DNA of 64,000 nucleotides from Amphiscolops sp. MND2022 (taxonomy: Eukaryota), in NCBI GenBank assembly GCA_964187785.1, contig OZ076409.1:82524001-82588000 (forward strand), given 5' to 3'. Position numbers and translations under genes: made by a program. Position 1 is the stretch's first letter; each line of letters starts with the position of its first letter. This document shows positions 63,302-64,000 of this stretch, piece after piece. Under the pieces are notes generated by a model that was given only the letters and a program-made list of their open reading frames with translations, was not told the origin of the DNA and searched no databases.

Positions 63302-64000
63302 GTTTCAACACTGTTCGTGTATGATCATTTTGAACTGTCGTAAATCGTTCTCCCAGCAAAAACAGTTCCAAGGGCGTGCTAAGGTTGGTCGAAAGTTTGA
63401 GCTTGACCCGTATTGGTGCTCCCACAGTTTCTGGGTAGTAAATTTCTTGATTGCACTGTTGTGCGGAGGTGTGGTTGAAAACTAGATAATAGTGATTTTC
63501 ATATTTGTCCAACTTAATTAAGGGACCGTCTTGATCAAAATGGAGGTTGTCAATAGTCTTAAAGTAAAGTTGAGTTTTGGAACTTGTGCCGTATTTCACC
63601 ACTGGTACTCTATTCCGCAATACTCGCACATTCTTCAAACTGTGTTTGTGGAATGCAAGCGGAGTGTCTGTCCGACGTCCAATAAACTGATTGTTGGGAC
63701 ACATGGCCATTACCGTGCGTCTAATGGGATCTGCATTCAAAATATCTGTACGAATAAAATGATTTTGGTATTTGGAATCACAAATGTCTTGCTGCGTACT
63801 TCAAATTAATTGTATTTAGCAGGTCACTTGAACAGAGATTGTTGTAAATTGACGTGATAGTTTTCTGCAACAGTGTAGTAACGAGCAAAAATTGACACTC
63901 GTTCAATTTTTGGGGTGAAGGCAGGGTTGGCGACAGCACTTTGCAGCAAGTATTCGGGCTTGTTTCGTGTCAGTCGAAATCGCATAGAACAGTTGGGAAT
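63294..64000 (-). pseudogene. Polinton major capsid (double jelly-roll) protein, C-terminal part; runs off the window
   Basis: IPNCSMRFRLTR..., PAKY..KTFVIP, PIRRTVMAMCPNNQFIG, YYLVFN, IRVKLKL...LLGER. Two stops and one frameshift between 63740 and 63830. Confidence 0.82.

Overview
Eukaryotic (invertebrate animal) genomic DNA that is AT-rich and dense in transposable elements. The only host gene I can support is a minus-strand Cys-loop ligand-gated ion channel subunit of the anion-selective GABA-A/glycine/GluCl-like group. Six GT-AG exons (55926 to 16756) splice in frame; the 5'-most exon(s) were not identified. Its 31.5-kb intron holds two decayed Gypsy LTR retrotransposons, a 4.68-kb tandem duplication, an apparently intact CR1/L2-group LINE, a Tc1 (DD34E) transposon, foldback elements and non-autonomous Helentron-like (HINE-type) elements. 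The HINE-like elements repeatedly insert into one T-tract of their own family, including a three-level nest at 13.5-15.35 kb. The last 2 kb carry a decayed Polinton/Maverick (adintovirus-like) virion module: penton, adenain-type protease and major capsid protein. I found no prokaryotic systems, CRISPR arrays or rRNA. I cannot claim a wholly new system. The best leads are the self-nesting HINE family, the endogenous virion module and the divergent channel. All family assignments come from recognising motifs by eye, not from database searches.
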